This document shows, piece after piece, positions 60,699-64,000 of a DNA stretch of 64,000 nucleotides. Source of the stretch: an uncultured Gemmatimonadaceae bacterium (GTDB lineage Bacteria > Gemmatimonadota > Gemmatimonadetes > Gemmatimonadales > Gemmatimonadaceae); contig CAWGJO010000039.1 of NCBI GenBank assembly GCA_963822945.1, positions 12,943 through 76,942 of the forward strand, written 5' to 3'. The position numbers and the translations under genes are program-made. The first letter of the stretch is position 1; each line of letters starts with the position of its first letter. The notes beneath the pieces were generated by a model that saw only the letters and a program-made list of their open reading frames with translations, was not told the DNA's origin and did not search any database.

Positions 60699-61454
60699 AT
60701 GCCACCTCGCAAATCGTCGTCTCGATCCCGGCGGAACCCGGCCAAACGCGCCGGCGCCGCCCCCGTGGCCCACGGCTCGCGTCCGGAGCAGGTCTACACC
60801 CGCCTTCGGGATCTCATCGTCCAGGGCCTCGTGGCGCCGGGCAGCCGCATCGTCGAGACCGAGATCGCCAGCCGCCTCGGCGTGAGCCGAACCCCCGTGC
60901 GGGAGGCCCTCCAGCGGCTCCAGCAGGAAGGCTACGTCATGGGGGCTCCAGGGGCGCAGCAGTCGCGCCTCACCGTGGCCCCGCTGACCCGGGACGACGT
61001 GCACGAGCTCCTCGACATCGTGGGATCCCTGGAGGGCCTGGGCGCCCGCCGGGCGGCCGAACTCCAGCCGGAACTCCGGAAGCCGCTGGTCAAGGACCTC
61101 CGGGCGCTGAACGTGGAATTCTTCAAAGCCGGGAAGACCAGCCCGGTCGACCACAGCCGTTTATATGACGCCGATGAACGTTTTCACCGGCGCGTGGTAG
61201 AAGCAGGGGAAGGTCCGCGGTTGATAGCCCTCCACGATGCCGTGAAGCCGCAGGCAGAACGATACATCCGGATGTACATCAGCATGCTGACCGGCGACAT
61301 CCGGTCGTCGGTTGAGGAGCACGACGCGATCACCACCGCGATCGAGGAAGGACGATCCGACGCCGCGCAGCATGCGGTGGAGACCAACTGGCGGCATGCG
61401 GCCGACCGGCTGGCCAAGGTCATCGAAACCGTTGGAGAGCGTGGAAGCTGGTAA
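60699..61454 (+). CDS. GntR (FCD) transcriptional regulator
   Basis: LGVSRTPVREALQRL, DERFH and EEHDAI. Confidence 0.93.
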   Translation: MPPRKSSSRSRRNPAKRAGAAPVAHGSRPEQVYTRLRDLIVQGLVAPGSRIVETEIASRLGVSRTPVREALQRLQQEGYVMGAPGAQQSRLTVAPLTRDDVHELLDIVGSLEGLGARRAAELQPELRKPLVKDLRALNVEFFKAGKTSPVDHSRLYDADERFHRRVVEAGEGPRLIALHDAVKPQAERYIRMYISMLTGDIRSSVEEHDAITTAIEEGRSDAAQHAVETNWRHAADRLAKVIETVGERGSW

Positions 61455-61485
61455 CCCCAAATCACCCCATAGGGGGGCCGTACGC

Positions 61486-62396
61486 GTGAAAAAATTCGCC
61501 CTGTTGTTGTTGCTCGTTCCGGTGCTCTTCGCCTGTGACACCAAGGCCAAGCAGCAGCTGGTGGAGTTGGCCAAGGCCGACTCGCTTCGTCAGGACTCCC
61601 TGCTCAACGTGAAGAACCAGCTGCTGAACGACATGCTGGTCTCCACGCAGTTCATCAACGACATCAATGCCGAGATCGCCAAGGCGCGCAGCCTGCCCAA
61701 GGCCACCCGGCAGACGGCGCTCGCCACGCCGGCCGAGGCCGCCAAGATCAAGGAGGACCGGCAGGATGTCCTGAGCAAGATCCAGATGGTCGTCCAGCGG
61801 CTCGACGCAACGGACGCGCGTCTGGGCCGGCTCCGCCGCGAATCGGCGTCGCTCGCCAAGCACGATTCCACGCTGACCGGCAGATCGCGCAGTACGAGCA
61901 GACGATCGCCGACTTCCGCACCACCGTCGAGAACCAGAAGAAGCTGTTCCAGGCGATCGTCGATTCGCAGAACCTGCAGATCGCGTCGCTCAAGGGGCAG
62001 GTGGATACGCTCAACACCGCCAAGGCCGCGCTCGCCGACACCGTGGGCCAGCTCACCGTGCAGAACAACACGGCCTATTACATCGCCGGCACGCGCGACG
62101 ACCTGGTGAAGGACGGCGTCCTGGTCGAGGAGGGGCACCGGCAGTTCTGGCTCGTCGGCAGCCGCCGCGTCGAGCCCGCCCGTTCGCTCGACACCACGGC
62201 GTTCACGCGCATCGACATCACGAAGGACACGGCGATCGCGCTTCCGGACGGCGAGTACACGATCTTCTCCCGTCAGGATCCGCAGTACACGCAGCCGTTC
62301 ACCGTGAAGGACGGCAAGATCGTGGGCGGGCTGTACATCACCCAGCCCCGCGCGTTCTGGGAGCCCTCCAGGTTCCTGATCCTGATCAAGCACTAG
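61486..62396 (+). CDS. coiled-coil lipoprotein (Cbp1 adhesin-like); 1-nt deletion at about 61880
   Basis: VLFA-C lipobox and a long coiled coil. The sequence continues in the next frame as QIAQYEQTIADF...NTAYYIAGTRDDLVKDGV...FWEPSRFLILI. Confidence 0.75.
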
Positions 62397-62420
62397 TCCA
62401 CAGGACAGCTCGCGGAACGG

Positions 62421-62455
62421 AACGGCCCATCAGGCGATGCCTGGTGGGCCGTTTT
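62421..62455 (+). terminator. intrinsic terminator
   Basis: AACGGCCCATCAGGC-GAT-GCCTGGTGGGCCGTT followed by TT. Confidence 0.75.
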
Positions 62456-62488
62456 CCGTTGCCGGGGATCCCTTCGGATCTTCCCTCG

Positions 62489-63481
62489 CTACCAGACCGC
62501 CTTCTCCGAGCCCAACTCCTCCGACAGCTTGAGATAGCTCTCGTAGCGCGCCACGCTCACCTCGCCCCGTTCCACCGCCGCGCGGACCTCGCAGTCGGGC
62601 TCCGTGCCGTGCCGGCAGTCGGCAAACCGGCACTGTTCGCGGTGGGCACGAATCTCCGGAAAGCACAGGTCGAGCCGCGCCACCGGCAGTTCCCACATCC
62701 CCACCTCGCGCAGCCCCGGCGTATCGACCACGAAGCTGCCGGGCTCGCCGGGCAGCGCGTGGAGCGAGGCCCCCACGGTGGTATGGCGGCCCTTGTTCAC
62801 CGATTCGCTGATCTCTCCGACGCGCAGATCCAGCCCCGGGAACAGCGCGTTGATGATGGACGACTTGCCCGTGCCGCTGGGACCGGCGAGCACCGACGTG
62901 CGCCCCTCCAGGGCCCGGCGCAGTTCGTCGAGACCCTCGCCGTGTTTGGCGCTGGTGAAGTGCACCGGATACCCGGCCCGTTCGTAGTCGGCGAATTTGG
63001 CGTGCGCCGCCTCGGGCCCCGCCACGTCGATCTTGTTCACCACGATGCGCGCCGGCAGGTCGTTGGCCTCGGCGATCACGAGGAAGCGGTCGAGCATGTG
63101 GAGGTGCGGATCGGGACGCGCCGCGGCGAAGACGGCCACCACCTGATCCACGTTCGCGGCGAGCACCCGCTCGCCGTACGCGCCGCCGGGCGCGCGCCGG
63201 GCGAGCCGCGACCGCCGGGGCAATATCTCGGCGATGGCCAGGGCGTGTCCGCGTTCGTCTCGCTCCAGCCGCACCCGGTCGCCCACGGCGAGTTTGACGC
63301 GGTCGCGGGCCGCGGCGATGGTGTCGCGGCGGATGCCGCCGCCCGCCCGCCGGCCCGTGTCCGATTTCTTGAGGCGTCCGCGCAGCGAGGCCTCGTGCAC
63401 CGTGCCGTCGTCGGCCCGCACGTGCCAGACGCCGCCGGTTCCCTGCGTCACGACCCCGACGATCTCCCCGGCCCCGGTCAC
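62489..63481 (-). CDS. rsgA: ribosome small subunit-dependent GTPase A
   Basis: AVGDRV, NKID, GPSGTGKSS, GRHTT, DTPG and CRFADCRHGTEPDC. Confidence 0.95.
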   Translation of the reverse strand: MTGAGEIVGVVTQGTGGVWHVRADDGTVHEASLRGRLKKSDTGRRAGGGIRRDTIAAARDRVKLAVGDRVRLERDERGHALAIAEILPRRSRLARRAPGGAYGERVLAANVDQVVAVFAAARPDPHLHMLDRFLVIAEANDLPARIVVNKIDVAGPEAAHAKFADYERAGYPVHFTSAKHGEGLDELRRALEGRTSVLAGPSGTGKSSIINALFPGLDLRVGEISESVNKGRHTTVGASLHALPGEPGSFVVDTPGLREVGMWELPVARLDLCFPEIRAHREQCRFADCRHGTEPDCEVRAAVERGEVSVARYESYLKLSEELGSEKAVW

Positions 63482-63882
63482 GGGCCTCCGGCGTCGTCGG
63501 CGCGCATGGCGTCCCACCAGCGCCGCGACGGGCGGCCGCCCGCGCGCTCGGCGATCAGCGCGTCGAGCACGCGCCGGACCTCGGCCAGCGGCATTCCGCC
63601 CACGGCGGCCCGCGCCGCGGGCTCCGAGTGCGCACGCGCGAGAAAGTCCGACTCCAGGTGTCCCTGCGGGCTGGCCGCGCCCACGCGGGCCCACTGGACG
63701 AACAACAGGTAGGCGCCCACCGGCGCCTCGCGGTCGCCCGTCTCGTCGGTGAGGATCTCCACGCTGTACGAGAATCCGTCCGCCCCCTCGAACGCCGCGG
63801 GGCGGTCGTGCACCGCCATGTACCCGCCGAGGGTGTTGGCGTCACCCCTGGAATGATCGGCGGGGAGGAACTGCCCGGGCAT
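63478..63882 (-). CDS. conserved hypothetical protein
   Basis: MPGQFLP...TLGGYMAVHDRPAAFEGADGFSYSV. GTGA overlap with rsgA. Confidence 0.75.
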   Translation of the reverse strand: MPGQFLPADHSRGDANTLGGYMAVHDRPAAFEGADGFSYSVEILTDETGDREAPVGAYLLFVQWARVGAASPQGHLESDFLARAHSEPAARAAVGGMPLAEVRRVLDALIAERAGGRPSRRWWDAMRADDAGGP

Positions 63883-63884
63883 GA

Positions 63885-64000
63885 TCAGCGGCGGCCGCCC
63901 ACCATCTCGCGCAGCACGTTGCCGGTGATGAACGCCACGTTCGCCGGCCGCTCGGCCAGGCGCCGCATGAGATAGGGGTACCACTGCGTGCCGAACGGCA
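63885..64000 (-). CDS. proline dehydrogenase, 3' end
   Basis: PFGTQWYPYLMRRLAERPANVAF is the characteristic PRODH C-terminus. Confidence 0.88.
   Translation of the reverse strand, partial: PFGTQWYPYLMRRLAERPANVAFITGNVLREMVGGRR

Overview
This is a very GC-rich, gene-dense bacterial chromosomal window. Gene content and protein style suggest Gemmatimonadota, which is an inference. It holds about 66 genes, mostly housekeeping or lineage-core: ispH, sthA, yjjX, pfkA, rhlE-like and HrpB-like helicases, lon, PBP1A, nadE, csaA, cutC, tatA, dinB, rsgA and a bactofilin/M23 pair. I saw no rRNA, tRNA, CRISPR array, transposase or prophage. Highlights: (1) a ~200-nt highly structured, putatively pseudoknotted RNA ending in a terminator-like hairpin directly upstream of a small Arg-rich HNH nuclease; (2) a SelW/Rdx-family selenoprotein (CxxU) with a SECIS-like hairpin, missed by the ORF track; (3) a four-gene ECF sigma / CBM48 anti-sigma / outer-membrane CBM48 operon; (4) a DEAH helicase whose motif Ia appears to precede Walker A; (5) two translationally coupled Ser/Thr kinases with a 2TM domain; (6) a 3-keto-glycoside catabolic cluster. 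At least six genes carry single-base frameshifts, probably sequencing or assembly errors. All calls come from reading the sequence by eye; no searches were run.
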